The notes: a model not told the origin generated them from the letters alone. 63,409 nucleotides of DNA, filler included, from Octopus bimaculoides (GCF_001194135.2; 7 parts of 5 records of this genome joined end to end with filler, not necessarily neighbours in it), one strand, 5' to 3'. Positions 38,862 through 51,789 are shown, numbered from the whole stretch's first letter. Program-made: numbers and translations.

Positions 38862-39060
38862 CATTGCAGTGTCATGTAAAAGCACTCCCATCTGGTGCCA
38901 CATTAAAACAACCAGCACACTCTGTAAAGTGGTTGGCACTAGGAAGGGCATCCAGCTGTAGAAACCATGCCAAATCAGAATGAAGTCGGTGCAGCTCTTC
39001 AGCTCTGGTCAAACCGTCCAACCCATGCCAGCTTGGACAATACACATTAAATGATGATGA

Positions 39061-39062
<2 letters not shown>
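38862..39062 (+). mobile_element. Repeat family C (short element ending in (GAT)n)
   Basis: GTGGTTGGCACTAGGAAGGGCATCCAGCTGTAGAAAC...CCAACCCATGCCAGC...TTAAATGATGATG. Confidence 0.75.
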
Positions 39063-39106
<44 letters not shown>

Positions 39107-39544
39107 GTGTGAGTATGTATGTATATTTACATACATGCATAAGTACATAGATATATTATCAAGATGTATACATGGACACATACACACGTATACACACACA
39201 TATATATGTATATATGCATACACACACACACACACACACACAAGTAATGTTTATCACCACTTCAACGTGGCTGTTCCATAGGAACTGGCGTTATTACCAT
39301 TTTTAACTCCTGGGAGGATGCCTCCTCCAACTGGTTCCCGATGTAATCTGCACCCGATATATATATAGAAAGCTGGGGAACGAACCCCCACCATATTCCA
39401 GCAATGATGGGACCAACAGACTATCCATTTTTGAGCTATTTGTGCTCATCCTCAGTGGTGGACAACCGTCTGCTAGAGATAGAAGTAGTTCTCTCCAGCA
39501 GGAAAATAAGTGACAACCAATCAATGATCTTATGGCACCTGTGT

Positions 39545-40068
39545 AGGTGGCATATAGAAAGCACCATTCAAGTATAGTCATTGCCAGTGTCGCCTAACTG
39601 GCTCCCGTGCTGGTGGCATGTAAAAAGCACCATTTGGGCGTGGTTGATACCAGTGTCGCGTGATTGGTCCTATGCTGGTGGCACGTAAAAAGCACCATTT
39701 GGGCGTGGTCATTGCCAGTGACGCTCGTCTTGTTTCTGTGCCGGTGGCATGTAAAAAGCATCATTCAAGCATGGTCATTGTCAGTGCCACCTGACTGGCT
39801 CCCATGCCAGTGGCATGTAAAAAGCACCGTTCAAGTGTGGTCATTGCCAGTGCCAGCTGACTGGCCCATGTGCCAGTGGTACATAAGATGCACCCACTAA
39901 ACTCTTAGAATGGTTGGCGTTAGGAAGGGCATCCAGCTCTAGAAACCTTCCAGATCAGATTGGAGCCTGGTGCAGCCTCCGGCTTGTCAGCCGTCAATCA
40001 AACTGTCTGACCCATGCCAGCATGGAAAGCAGATGTTAAAACAATGACGATGAAAACGATGATGATGA
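39545..40068 (+). mobile_element. Family C element with five ~66-bp tandem 5' units
   Basis: GGTGGCATGTAAAAAGCACC...GCCAGTG unit repeated over 39545-39890, then the standard family C 3' part. Confidence 0.85.
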
Positions 40069-40310
40069 TATATATGTATATATATACAAAGTATGGGGGT
40101 TTAATTGACAGGTGATCTAAACGATTAGGTACGCTAGGTAAGTGCTGTAACGGATTACTAGGGCTCCAAGGTTATAGTCGAGACGCTAGTTATGGAGCCA
40201 TTGCAGATTTCCGATGCAGCGGATATATAATTGTTAAAGAGGACAACAAAGGTTAAGGCAAGGCAAACATCCCAAGTTGTATACAATATTATTATTGGAA
40301 GAAAGTCAAA

Positions 40311-40366
40311 CTCTTACAACTGTTTCAGGGATATCCCCAAGTATGGGATATTCAGTCATCAGAGAC
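40311..40366 (-). ncRNA. Partly decayed type I HHR
   Basis: TCT-CTGATGA-...ATATCCC(loop)GGGATAT...-GAAA-CAGTTG-TA-AGA. Core intact, base of stem II mispaired. Confidence 0.55.
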
Positions 40367-41111
40367 AAATAGGGAAAATGAGAATGGTATATATTAACGA
40401 GATGATGACATAGAGGAAGGGAGTAAAAGAATAAGGAGATGGAAAGGGAGAAGAAAAAAGAAGCATAAAAGTTCATAGTTTAACTTTCTGAAGTTATAGA
40501 AACCAGAGCATGAGTCCTTAAGTGCAAACCTGTGTAGATCCATGAGCGTAAGTCCTTAGGTGCAATCCTGCATATATCCATGTGGGTTAAAGTCCTGATC
40601 TAGTAGACATCCCAAGGAAAAAGATGCGAACATATCAATGTTCAATAACAAAATGGTTGCAANNNNNNNNNNNNNNNNNNNNNNNNNNNNNNNNNNNNNN
40701 NNNNNNNNNNNNNNNNNNNNNNNNNNNNNNNNNNNNNNNNNNNNNNNNNNNNNNNNNNNNNNNNNNNNNNNNNNNNNNNNNNNNNNNNNNNNNNNNNNNN
40801 NNNNNNNNNNNNNNNNNNNNNNNNNNNNNNNNNNNNNNNNNNNNNNNNNNNNNNNNNNNNNNNNNNNNNNNNNNNNNNNNNNNNNNNNNNNNNNNNNNNN
40901 NNNNNNNNNNNNNNNNNNNNNNNNNNNNNNNNNNNNNNNNNNNNNNNNNNNNNNNNNNNNNNNNNNNNNNNNNNNNNNNNNNNNNNNNNNNNNNNNNNNN
41001 NNNNNNNNNNNNNNNNNNNNNNNNNNNNNNNNNNNNNNNNNNNNNNNNNNNNNNNNNNNNNNNNNNNNNNNNNNNNNNNNNNNNNNNNNNNNNNNNNNNN
41101 NNNNNNNNNNN

Positions 41112-41145
<34 letters not shown>

Positions 41146-41148
<3 letters not shown>

Positions 41149-41332
41149 AGAGTAACTACATAAATGTAAAACAAGGTGAAAAAAGAGTACTCAAATACCA
41201 GAGGTAGAGTAATATACTTTAATTAAAAGCAGCAGAAATATCACAAAAACTGTTACTCAGAGTTTCACGTTCCCGTTCGTCGGATGAATGGAAACATGAA
41301 ACTCTGAGTAACAGTTTTTGTGATATTTCTGC
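41146..41332. mobile_element. PLE-like terminus with an inverted tail; two HHR halves fused head to head
   Basis: Perfect 36-bp inverted repeat (41232-41267 / 41297-41332). Minus strand reads CCGACGA-ACGGGAACGT-GAAA-CTCTGAG-TA-ACAG; plus strand reads CGGATGA-ATGGAAACAT-GAAA-CTCTGAG-TA-ACAG. Confidence 0.75.
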
Positions 41333-41344
41333 CATAGTCAAACA

Positions 41345-41635
41345 TTTTTGTCAGAGTACCCTCTACCCATGCTACATTTCACGTTTTTCCATAGCCGGTG
41401 TCTTTATTGAGGTTTGTATCATCCAAGAGTTGATCAATGAATGTTTATTTGCAATTCATTGATGCCAGTTTATGCTTTGTTCAACCCTAAGAACTTTGGT
41501 GATTGTACCACCCACTTTTTTTCTCAAGTGCTTGTGCACTCGATCCATACACTGACTCAACACATTTTCTGAACAATGCTATTTTGATTGCCCTGGGTAG
41601 GGCATTCTTCCATGTCTTCTCCATTTTGTTCATTC
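41345..41635 (-). mobile_element. Old RTE-like LINE fragment
   Basis: MNKMEKTWKNALPRAIKIALFRKCVESVYGS...INWHQ. Confidence 0.6.
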
Positions 41636-41640
41636 ATATG

Positions 41641-41720
<80 letters not shown>

Positions 41721-42246
41721 NNNNNNNNNNNNNNNNNNNNNNNNNNNNNNNNNNNNNNNNNNNNNNNNNNNNNNNNNNNNNNNNNNNNNNNNNNNNNNNN
41801 NNNNNNNNNNNNNNNNNNNNNNNNNNNNNNNNNNNNNNNNNNNNNNNNNNNNNNNNNNNNNNNNNNNNNNNNNNNNNNNNNNNNNNNNNNNNNNNNNNNN
41901 NNNNNNNNNNNNNNNNNNNNNNNNNNNNNNNNNNNNNNNNNNNNNNNNNNNNNNNNNNNNNNNNNNNNNNNNNNNNNNNNNNNNNNNNNNNNNNNNNNNN
42001 NNNNNNNNNNNNNNNNNNNNNNNNNNNNNNNNNNNNNNNNNNNNNNNNNNNNNNNNNNNNNNNNNNNNNNNNNNNNNNNNNNNNNNNNNNNNNNNNNNNN
42101 NNNNNNNNNNNNNNNNNNNNNNNNNNNNNNNNNNNNNNNNNNNNNNNNNNNNNNNNNNNNNNNNNNNNNNNNNNNNNNNNNNNNNNNNNNNNNNNNNNNN
42201 NNNNNNNNNNNNNNNNNNNNNNNNTATATATATATATATATATATG

Positions 42247-43620
42247 ACTTGGCAGTTATGGTGTTTTGGTGCATATTGCATAGTTCTGTCTATTGGAGAG
42301 TTGTTACATGACTTTCTGAAAGATAGAAGTCAGGCAGTGGTGGCCATTGGAGCAACCTCAATGAAAATACAAATAGTGAGTGGTGTTCCATAGGGCACTG
42401 TCTTGGGACTACTGTTTTTCATAGTGGCCCTCTCAGATATGCCCTCAACTGCCGGATAGCCACCCTTGCTAGCTATGCAGACCTTACAAAAGTCTCGCAG
42501 AAAATACAGAACCCCAGTGATGTTGCACATCCGCGGCAGGAGTTGGACTCAATTTACAGATGGGCTGAGGATAATAATATGCAGTTTAATGCTGAAAAAT
42601 CCCAAGCCCTGCGCTACTAGTGTCCAAAACTGAATATGAAACTTACAGGGTACACTGGTCCACAAGGGAATTACAATCCCAGAGCCTGAATCAGTGAGGG
42701 ACCTGGGTATCGACATGAGTGATGATACCTCTTTCCAAGTGCGCATCACCAGGATGGCGACAAAGTGCAGACGACTGGCTGGATGGATCCTGAGAACATT
42801 CAGAACCAGAGAAAAGAAAACCATGATTGTCCTCTGGAGGACATTCGTCCTCAGCCACCTGGATTACTGCTCACAGCTATGGTCACCCACCAGTGTGAAA
42901 TTAACAGCGGACCTTGAAGCAATCCAGCGAAACTTCACAAAGAAGATTGTCTCTTTGCAACTGCTCAGCTACTGGGAAAGGCTGAAACAGCTAAGACTCT
43001 ACTCCCTGGAGCAAAGGCAGGAGAGGTATGCAGTAATATACATTTGGAAGATCCTGGAAGGGATTGTTCTAAATTTTGGCACTGAAAGCTACACCAATGC
43101 CAGAATGAGTCAACACTGCACAGTGCCAAAGATCCCATCAATGCCATCGCANNNNNNNNNNNNNNNNNNNNNNNNNNNNNNNNNNNNNNNNNNNNNNNNN
43201 NNNNNNNNNNNNNNNNNNNNNNNNNNNNNNNNNNNNNNNNNNNNNNNNNNNNNNNNNNNNNNNNNNNNNNNNNNNNNNNNNNNNNNNNNNNNNNNNNNNN
43301 NNNNNNNNNNNNNNNNNNNNNNNNNNNNNNNNNNNNNNNNNNNNNNNNNNNNNNNNNNNNNNNNNNNNNNNNNNNNNNNNNNNNNNNNNNNNNNNNNNNN
43401 NNNNNNNNNNNNNNNNNNNNNNNNNNNNNNNACCAGTTACTGCAACAGCTTGGGTTTCAGAGGCCCACAGCTTTTTAATATTCTCCCAAAGAGCCTGAGG
43501 GACCTACACAATGTAAGTGTTTTCAAATCAAAACTGGACCTGTCCCTGTCGAGAGTCCCAGATGAGCCTACCTCATGGCAGGAGGTGCAAATGAGCTACA
43601 TCAAACTCCATTCTTCACCA
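42247..43620 (+). mobile_element. CR1-like LINE ORF2 (RT and C-terminus), inactivated, with a gap inside
   Basis: SGVP*GTVLG motif, catalytic YADD changed to YADL (42474-42485), then RDLGIDMSDD...LDYCSQLWSP...YWERLKQLRLYSLE. Confidence 0.9.
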
Positions 43621-43747
43621 AGTGCCACATATTAGAGAAGGCTCTCAGTAATAACAATATAGTAAAATGGTGGTGCCCCAGCATGGCCACATCTCTGAGC
43701 TGAAACTACAGAAAAAAAATGTCTGTGTGTGTGTGTGTATATATATG

Positions 43748-44095
43748 TGCCTAGTGTCGCCTTTCTGGCACTTGTGCCTGTGACATGTGTAAGGATTTTC
43801 GAGCGAGATCGTTGCCAGTGCCCCTGGACTGGCGCTTGTGCAGGTGGAACATAAAATACACCATTTTGAGCGTGGCCGTTGCCAGTACCGCTTCACTGGC
43901 CTTCGTGCCGGTGACACGTAAAAGCACCTACTACACTCTCTGAGTGGTTGGCGTTAGGAAGGGCATCCACCTGTAGAAACTCTGCCAAATCAGATTGGAG
44001 CCTGGTGTTGCCATCTGGTTTCACCAGTCCTCAGTCAAATCGTCCAACCCATGCTAGCATGGAAAGCGGACGTTAAACAATAATGATGATGATGA
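43748..44095 (+). mobile_element. Repeat family C
   Basis: Same tandem units and (GAT)n tail as 39545-40068. Confidence 0.85.
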
Positions 44096-44967
44096 TTTAT
44101 ACATATATATGCTTTTGGCCGTTGCCAGTACCACCTGACTGGCTCCCGTAGGATTTTTGAGTGAGNNNNNNNNNNNNNNNNNNNNNNNNNNNNNNNNNNN
44201 NNNNNNNNNNNNNNNNNNNNNNNNNNNNNNNNNNNNNNNNNNNNNNNNNNNNNNNNNNNNNNNNNGGATTTTCATCGATGAGTTCATGAACTTTGGTTCT
44301 TTTCCCTAAAACTATCTATCTATATACTTTAATACTTTGATGGGTTTTGGCCAGTATTAACCCAGGCCATGTCTAACTTAATAGCACCACCTGGCAAAGT
44401 CATTCAAACCATTATAAATGTACATGTATAAAAAACAACTTCAACAACATCAAACAGTGAAAGTAACAATTAGATGGACTCTGGTTTTGGGATATTGGAC
44501 ATTGAGAGAAATAGACACTATAGAGATAGAAAAATGACAAATGGACACATGAATAAATTTACATGGAGACATGTGGACAAGTGTACTGGTGGGCATGTGG
44601 ACTGGCAAGTGGACAGGTGTAGTATATGAAGTAGAAGGTAATGGAATAAAAACAAGGTGAGTAAAAGAAAAGCACATGTAAAAGATAATCAATAAATACG
44701 TACAAACGTGTGTGACATGTTTGATCCTGGGGTATTAGACATGGCTGATAGTTTATAACAATCTGTCAATCAGGAAGTTGTAAGGTGTATATGAGATGAG
44801 TGTATATATATATATATATATAGCCCCGGTTAGTTGGCAGGGTGTATATGAGGAAAGTAATTAGCACCAAGCTGTGGAGAGTTATTTGATGTGATTATAT
44901 AACCTCCGTTTCTGACACTTGTCTATGATACTTATGGTGTATATATGTGTGTGTGAGAGAGAGAGAG

Positions 44968-45076
<109 letters not shown>

Positions 45077-45351
45077 AAGTGAGGGATTGAGCGTGAGAGA
45101 GAGAGAATGTATATACAATTATGTATGAAGGTGTGAACACTTTCTAATTAATATGCCTGAATGGGTGACTCTAAGCATATCTTTGTATGAATGTTTGTAT
45201 GTGAGAACTAGTTTGTTGTGTTATCTATGTGTGTGTGTGTGTGTGTGTGTTTATATATGTACATATATGAATGTGTGTACATATGTATAGGTATGTATGT
45301 GTGTGTACTTATGTGTATATGTAAGCATGTTTATAAATATATATATCATCA

Positions 45352-45420
<69 letters not shown>

Positions 45421-45507
45421 TTATGTATGTATATGTACTTATATGTGTATATGCATGCGTGTTTATATATATATATATCTATGTGTTTATGTATGTATGT
45501 ATGCATG

Positions 45508-45573
<66 letters not shown>

Positions 45574-45691
45574 ATCTCATGATCTTTATTGTCAATTGTT
45601 TGTGATGATAAAATATTTATATTAAGGAATTTCATTTTGATTGATAAGGCAGAGATAAGCAACCTAACACCTTTTTCACCTCTAACTACAC

Positions 45692-45945
45692 CAACGGTTC
45701 TCAACCAGGGTCCATGTAAGATTTTTTGGGTCCACATAAGAAAAGAGTAAATTGTATTTTAAGGGCTCTTAAAAAATATTTTGCTTTAGATGTATGTTTT
45801 GGTATGTATTGCAAGACCTATGCAAGTTAATGTGTGAAAAACAAAATAAGAACTTTGATAAAACTAGTTTTTAAATATCGAATGACTATGGGGGGTCCAC
45901 CAGAATAAATTAGTAATCAAAGGGGTTCATCGATAAAAAAAAATC
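45692..45945. mobile_element. hAT-like MITE remnant
   Basis: Terminus CAACGGTTCTCAACCAGGG. The interior resembles 61939-62198. Confidence 0.45.
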
Positions 45946-46189
45946 ACCAGCGCCAACACCGATAACTGTACAAGCACCACTATGGAGGTGCTTCCATGTG
46001 GTCACTGGACACCAAGTAAAAATCTTTCATGAGTCATAAACTATCATTGTCTGTAATAAAATACACATTTTATATTGTTGTCTATATTTATAAAAAAAAA
46101 TGTGATGTCATGGCCTGAATGCTTTGTCGTAGATCCACTTGGTTGGAGCTGACTTGGAGCCAGACTCTGTGGGGTCCTCCACTGGACAA

Positions 46190-46575
46190 TATAGGTTTCA
46201 AATTTTGGCACAAGGTCAGTAATTTCAGGGGAGTGAGTAAGTCAATTACATTGACCCTCCAAGGATTAACTGGTACTTATTTTACCGACCCTGAAAGAAT
46301 GAAAGGCAAAGCTGACCTCAGCAGAATTTGAACTCAGAATGGCAAGACAGAAACAATGCTTTTTAGAAATATTACATCATGGTGAGCTTAGCGGTATTTC
46401 ATCTGCCGTTATGTTCTGAGTTCAAATTCCGCTGACTTTGCCTTTCATCCTTTCAGGGTCGATAAATTAAGTACCAGTTATGCACTGGGGTCGATGTAAT
46501 TGACTTAATCCCTTTGTCTGTCCTTGTTTGTCCCCTCTATGTTTAGCCCCTTGTGGGTAATAAAGAAATAAGAAA
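46190..46575. mobile_element. Two SINE family A copies in opposite orientations
   Basis: Minus copy at 46190-46345, plus copy at 46380-46575. Confidence 0.8.
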
Positions 46576-46858
46576 TAATACATTTCTAAATCTCTCACAG
46601 AGATTTATTCAGTAGTGATATGATGAAGTACTTGTATGCTGTCAACATAATGTTGACAGTCCCATGAAGGGAATAATACTACTGTTGTTTAGACCTAGGA
46701 AGCTGCACCACTTCCTGTCGGCCTTGACACATTTGAAAAAATGCTGTGAAGCGTTTTTGCCAATGCGCTAAGGATTCTGCCGGCTTGCCACTTTCCCACT
46801 GGTCATTATTGACCATACACCTATACATCTATACACTGGTCTGGACAAGTGTTTTCAG

Positions 46859-47084
46859 GAAGACTAGTTGCTATCCCTCTCAATGCCACCCGTGCCATTG
46901 ATGTTAATCCAAGAGAAAGACTGCTGTCTTTGGGGCAGATACATCTCGGCACCAGTATTGTCATTGCATCACACATCTTACCTGACCCTCTGGACCGAGA
47001 TTTCTTTATTAACCTCAAAATGATGAAAGACAAAGTGGATCTTGGTGGGATCTGGACACAGAGCAAAGGGAAGGAACAAATATT
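46859..47084 (+). CDS. Internal coding exon, 226 nt (GRLVAIPLNATRAIDVNPRERLLSLGQIHLGTSIVIASHILPDPLDRDFFINLKMMKDKVDLGGIWTQSKGKEQIL), unidentified
   Basis: gttttcag|GA acceptor, TT|gtgagt donor, open frame (phase 1 to phase 2), globular-looking peptide in unique DNA. Confidence 0.7.
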
Positions 47085-47145
47085 GTGAGTCGTTCTATCT
47101 AAGACTCAAATGACTCAGTCCATTCCCTGCCAGACTCTTCTTCTT

Positions 47146-47178
<33 letters not shown>

Positions 47179-47305
47179 CTACTAGTGGTAGTAGTGGTAG
47201 TAGTATCATCAGTATCACCATCATAAATACACACGTGCAAACACATATTCAGCATTAGCAAGGAAAACAGAATGCCTGCATGCTTACATATAAACATACA
47301 TACAT

Positions 47306-47472
47306 ACACTAGTGTAGCTAGAGTGTGTGCCGCCCGGGGCAGTCCTTCTGTTTGCTGCCCTTGGACCCTGCCAAAAAACACGTTGCCTACAGCAGACCCA
47401 AAAGTGGTGCCCCTTTAAAAGTGCCACCCAAGGTGGACTGCCCCTATGGTCCCCCACCTCAGCTACAGCAGT
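47306..47472. mobile_element. Small MITE-like element
   Basis: Imperfect terminal inverted repeat (AGTGTAGCT / AGCTACAGCAGT) around a GC-richer core. Confidence 0.35.
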
Positions 47473-47493
47473 ACATAAATACATACATACAAG

Positions 47494-47543
<50 letters not shown>

Positions 47544-47545
<2 letters not shown>

Positions 47546-48156
47546 TCGATGCCAGTACTGCCTGACTAGTCCCATGCCGGTGGCACATAAAAAGCACCCA
47601 CTACATTCTTGGAGTGGTTGGCGTTAGGAAGGGCATCCAGCTGTAGAAACATTGCCAGATTGGATTGGAGCCTGGTGCAGCCTCCTGGCTCACCAGCCCT
47701 CAGTCAAACCGTCCAACCCATGCCAGCATGGAAAACAAACGTTAAATGATGATGATGATGATACAGGCACAGGTGTAGGTGTTGTAAGAAGTTTGTTTCC
47801 CAACCAAATGGTTCTGGGTTCAGTCCCACTGTGTGACACCTTGGGCAAATGTCTTCTACTACAGCCTAAGGCCAACCAAATTCATGTGAATGGATATGAT
47901 TGATGGAGACTGAAAGAAGCCTGTTGTATATATGTATGTGCGTGTGTGTGTTTGTTCCCTGCCATTGCTTGACAACTGGTGATTGTGTGTTTATGTGTCC
48001 ATAACTTAGCGGTTTGGCAAGAGAGACCAATAGAATAAGTACTTGCTTAATAAAAGATAGCATAGCAACTGGAGTCTATCCATTTGAATAGAATTCTCCA
48101 AGGTGGTGCCCCTGCATGACCTTAGTTTAATGACTGAAACAAGCAAATGATAAAAG
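47544..48156 (+). mobile_element. Family C element (47544-47760) directly followed by SINE family B (47765-48156)
   Basis: Motif matches to the other copies. Confidence 0.8.
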
Positions 48157-48554
48157 TAAAATGATGTAATAAGCTATCTATGGATCATACCCAATGTAAA
48201 TAGATTGTTGAAAGGTGAAGTTACTGCTGTGTTCACTCAGACAAAACATCTATTATAGATCTGCAGTGTTTAAAGACACAATATACAGCAGAGGTGGGGA
48301 CAAAAAAAGACCATCCCAACAGTGGTTAGCAAGAATCTATTATATTTTTGGGCCTAATTGGGCCTTATTAATAATGTGTATTGACAACCATTAGTAACAT
48401 ACCTAGAAGAAATTTTTTGTTACCTCTGATATACAGGAAGTAGTCAGTAATATATTTATTGGTATTGCGAATACCCGCTCAATTAGGATAAAATGCGTCT
48501 TACATTCTTGCTAGCTACTGTTGAGATGATTTTCATCTCCTTTTCATATATATT

Positions 48555-48772
48555 TGTCTTTATTGCCCAAATAGAGGGGACAAACAAGGACAGACAAAGG
48601 GATTAAGTCGATTACATCGACCCCAGTGCGTAACTGGTACTTAATTTATCGACCCCGAAAGGATGAAAGGCAGCGTCGACCTCGGCGGAATTTGAACTCA
48701 GAGCGTAATGGCAGACGAAATAATGCTAAGCATTTTGCCCAGCGTGCTAACGTTTCTGCCAGCTCACCACCT
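48555..48772 (-). mobile_element. SINE family A
   Basis: Well-conserved near-full copy. Confidence 0.85.
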
Positions 48773-49024
48773 TCCTTTTCATATATATTATGCTTTTTAA
48801 GACAAGCCATTCATAAACGAATATTTCAGTAAATTTGCCTTTCAATGATGCATTTACATTAAATATGATACACAGATAGCTATTTTTATTTAATATGGCT
48901 TCTGTTACGTATACGGATATTATTCAGTTGGTCATTCACAATACCAGTGAATGTTTTATTCAATGTTTCATGTATATTGAATGTGACAAATCTCATCTAA
49001 ACATATAATTGACTTTGAGTACAC

Positions 49025-49110
49025 ACTATTGATGAGGCTCAATGAAGCAGAAATACATATAGCATTCTCATTAGCTGTGGCTGCAATGGTTTTCATCTCC
49101 TTCCAATATA
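49025..49110 (+). ncRNA. Strongly decayed HHR / PLE-terminus relic, with a second relic at 48478-48550
   Basis: CTA-TTGATGA-G-GCT(loop)AGC-A-GAAA-TACA-TA-TAG. The downstream flank aligns with 48478-48550. Confidence 0.4.
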
Positions 49111-49369
49111 TACTCTTTTACTTGTTTCAGGCATTTGATTGTGGCCATGCTGGAGCACCACCTTTACTTGAACAAATTGACCCTAGGACCTATTCTTTGT
49201 AAGCCTAGTACTTATTCTATCGGTCTCTTTTACTGAACTGCTAATTTATGGGGATGTAAACACACCAACATTGATTATCAAGCAATGGTAGGGGAACAAA
49301 CACAAACAGACAAACATATATAGACATATATATATGGCCACCAGTGCGTAACTGGTACTTATTTGGTTC

Positions 49370-50050
49370 CAGCATTCCTGCCACTTTGGGCATCTGGCCT
49401 GGAAGTCGTCTTCCATAATAAGCAAATCGAGGACCGACTGTGATTTGGTCCGGATCTTGACAACGGTGTTAAAACAGCAACCTTTGAGCTGCATTTTCAT
49501 CTTGGAGCAAAGAAATGGAAGTCTGCAGATGCCAAATCTGGAGAATAGGATGGGTGCGGAAACGATGCCATGTTGATGTTGGTGAGAAACTCATGAGTGA
49601 GGAGAGCTTGGTGGAAAATCTAATTCTTTGTGCTCCACAGATCTGGTTGCTTTTGTCGAATGTCTTCCCTCAAATGTTTCAAAACATGGCAGCAGAACTC
49701 TTGACCGACCCTGGGGAACGAATTCTCAATGCACAATACCACAGATGTCAAAACAAAGGGACGAACACGCTCTTGACCGAGCTGCAGATATTCTTCTACT
49801 TTTGAAGAGTCAGTGTCGCTTGAAACATTGCATACAACCCATTACCTCATTGCCATAAGCTTGCTGAAGCATGCTCAGTGCAGCAGTCTTCCATGTTGGC
49901 TCTTTGATCCTATCCACGACAAAATTGCAGACTATAGCATACACGTGATTACAAAAACAGAAATTTCACTAACCGTAAGGTAAACACAGTACAGTTACTT
50001 TGACGCACTGCCGCATCAAGGTCATTGCTAGCTCTTGCTGTGCACACACA
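49370..50050 (-). mobile_element. Decayed mariner, same family as 37274-37890
   Basis: The reverse complement of 49870-49970 aligns with 37424-37560. Confidence 0.7.
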
Positions 50051-51000
50051 AATGGGTGCTACCCTCTATTCTAATACGGATATTTGTTCTGTAGTAGGGA
50101 CACACCTTCGTCTCTCTTACTATTAGAAATGCAGTGAACCATTGACTGGTTTAGAACTTGTTATAACAATACAAATCAAAGGCATAGACAGGTTCTAGAG
50201 TTAGCAAGAGCAATCACATAAAGAAAGTGCCATGATGCATACCAAACAATCTTCAACTCATTTCTCTTAATTTATGCAAAATATTTCATTAGTTATAATG
50301 TATGTAATTGTATTCTGCATTCATTAATTTCATGTTTCAGTAACAATGTCATTATGTACGAAAATTACAATTACTGATATAAGGTAATTAATTAGTTAAA
50401 AGAAATTATTGAAATAGCACCAGTTTTGAAAAATATGCCAAGTGGGACTGACTGCCTCCTTTGCTCCTCCATTAGCTGTGCCACTGATGCTAATTATTCA
50501 TAAATTACAGTATGAAACAAGAATGAATAATTGAGCTTTCATTAGAATTGAAAATGTTTATTAATTAACATACTAATATGAATTACAAGTACATTAACAC
50601 AGAGTACATTATAATGGGATATAAATTGTTTAATTTTGCTTAAAATCACATATGATGACTCATTATATACACATATGCTGAATAAATTGTTTATTAAGTC
50701 TTAAACTAACTAAACTATTTTTAGTAATTGAAATGATAATAAAAAACCTGTTTTAGCACAGATTTATTTCGTATTTTATACACTGCCTTCTCAGTTGTTA
50801 CACGCTTCTTTTATTACTCAGTTTTTTTTAGTTCATTATGATATATGGTTTGCATGAATATGTTTGTGTATTTCTTTACATATTAAACTATTAGTAGCGC
50901 TTAAATACAAGTATTGTGACCTTTAAATAAATATTTATCTCTCACCAAATAGAGGACTTTTTTTGTTGAATTTTCTATCATGGAACACTACATTATATAT

Positions 51001-51300
51001 CATCATCATCATCGTCGCTTAACATCTGCCTTCCATGGGTGAGATAGTTTCACAAGAGCTGGCCAGGCAGAAGCCTGTACCAGAATTCTGTGAATGCTTT
51101 GGCAGGATTTTTACAGCTGGATGCCCTTCCTATCACCAACCACTCTGTAGAGTGGACTTAGTGCTTTTTATGTGGCACAAACACAGGCGAGGTCAGTTTT
51201 AGCAAGGTTGTTACAATTGGATGCCCTTCCTAACACCAACCACTTTACAGTGTGGACTGGGTGCTTTTAAGTGGCACCTGCACTGACAGGGTCACCAAGT
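51001..51300 (-). mobile_element. Repeat family C
   Basis: (CAT)n start and GGATGCCCTTCCTAACACCAACCAC motifs. Confidence 0.75.
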
Positions 51301-51430
51301 ACCTTGCAAGACAAAAATAAAAAAAACTTTCAAGAAGGGAAAGGGCATTGGAGGAGGTGATCTTGTGTCAGATGGTGAAGGGTTATAGTGAAGTAGAAAC
51401 AGATAGCTTAATGTAGAGGAAGCACAAGGT

Positions 51431-51466
<36 letters not shown>

Positions 51467-51789
51467 GAGATCGAGAATGAAGACAGCAACATTGATCATG
51501 TTTGGATAGTGCTTTTTATGTGGTACGGGGGCCAGTCAGTGGGTTTGGATGGTGCTTTTTATGTGCCACCGGTCGGGGGTGTGGGTGTTTTTAGAAATTG
51601 AGAAGCAATTAATTTTTTTAAGGTTTAGTTAGAAAGAAGGGGCAGGCCCATGGGATTACTATGGATTATGTCTGTCTGAGTGTATTTGATAAGAAAAATC
51701 AGGTAGAAGGGGCAGTTATTAAAACCTTAACATGACCATCCAGATGAGTAAAACTGAGATGATTAATGCTCATTTTGAGTTGTTTTTAT

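Noticed and set aside
39418-39458. CTGAGGA-TGAGC/GCTCA-AAAA on the minus strand
   Set aside because: Possibly another HHR relic, but GAAA, stem III and stem I cannot be assigned. Not counted.
44266-44340. Repeat shared in reverse complement with 57150-57218, containing TCATCGATGAG
   Set aside because: A real dispersed repeat, but no complete HHR or diagnostic terminus is visible, so it is left unclassified.
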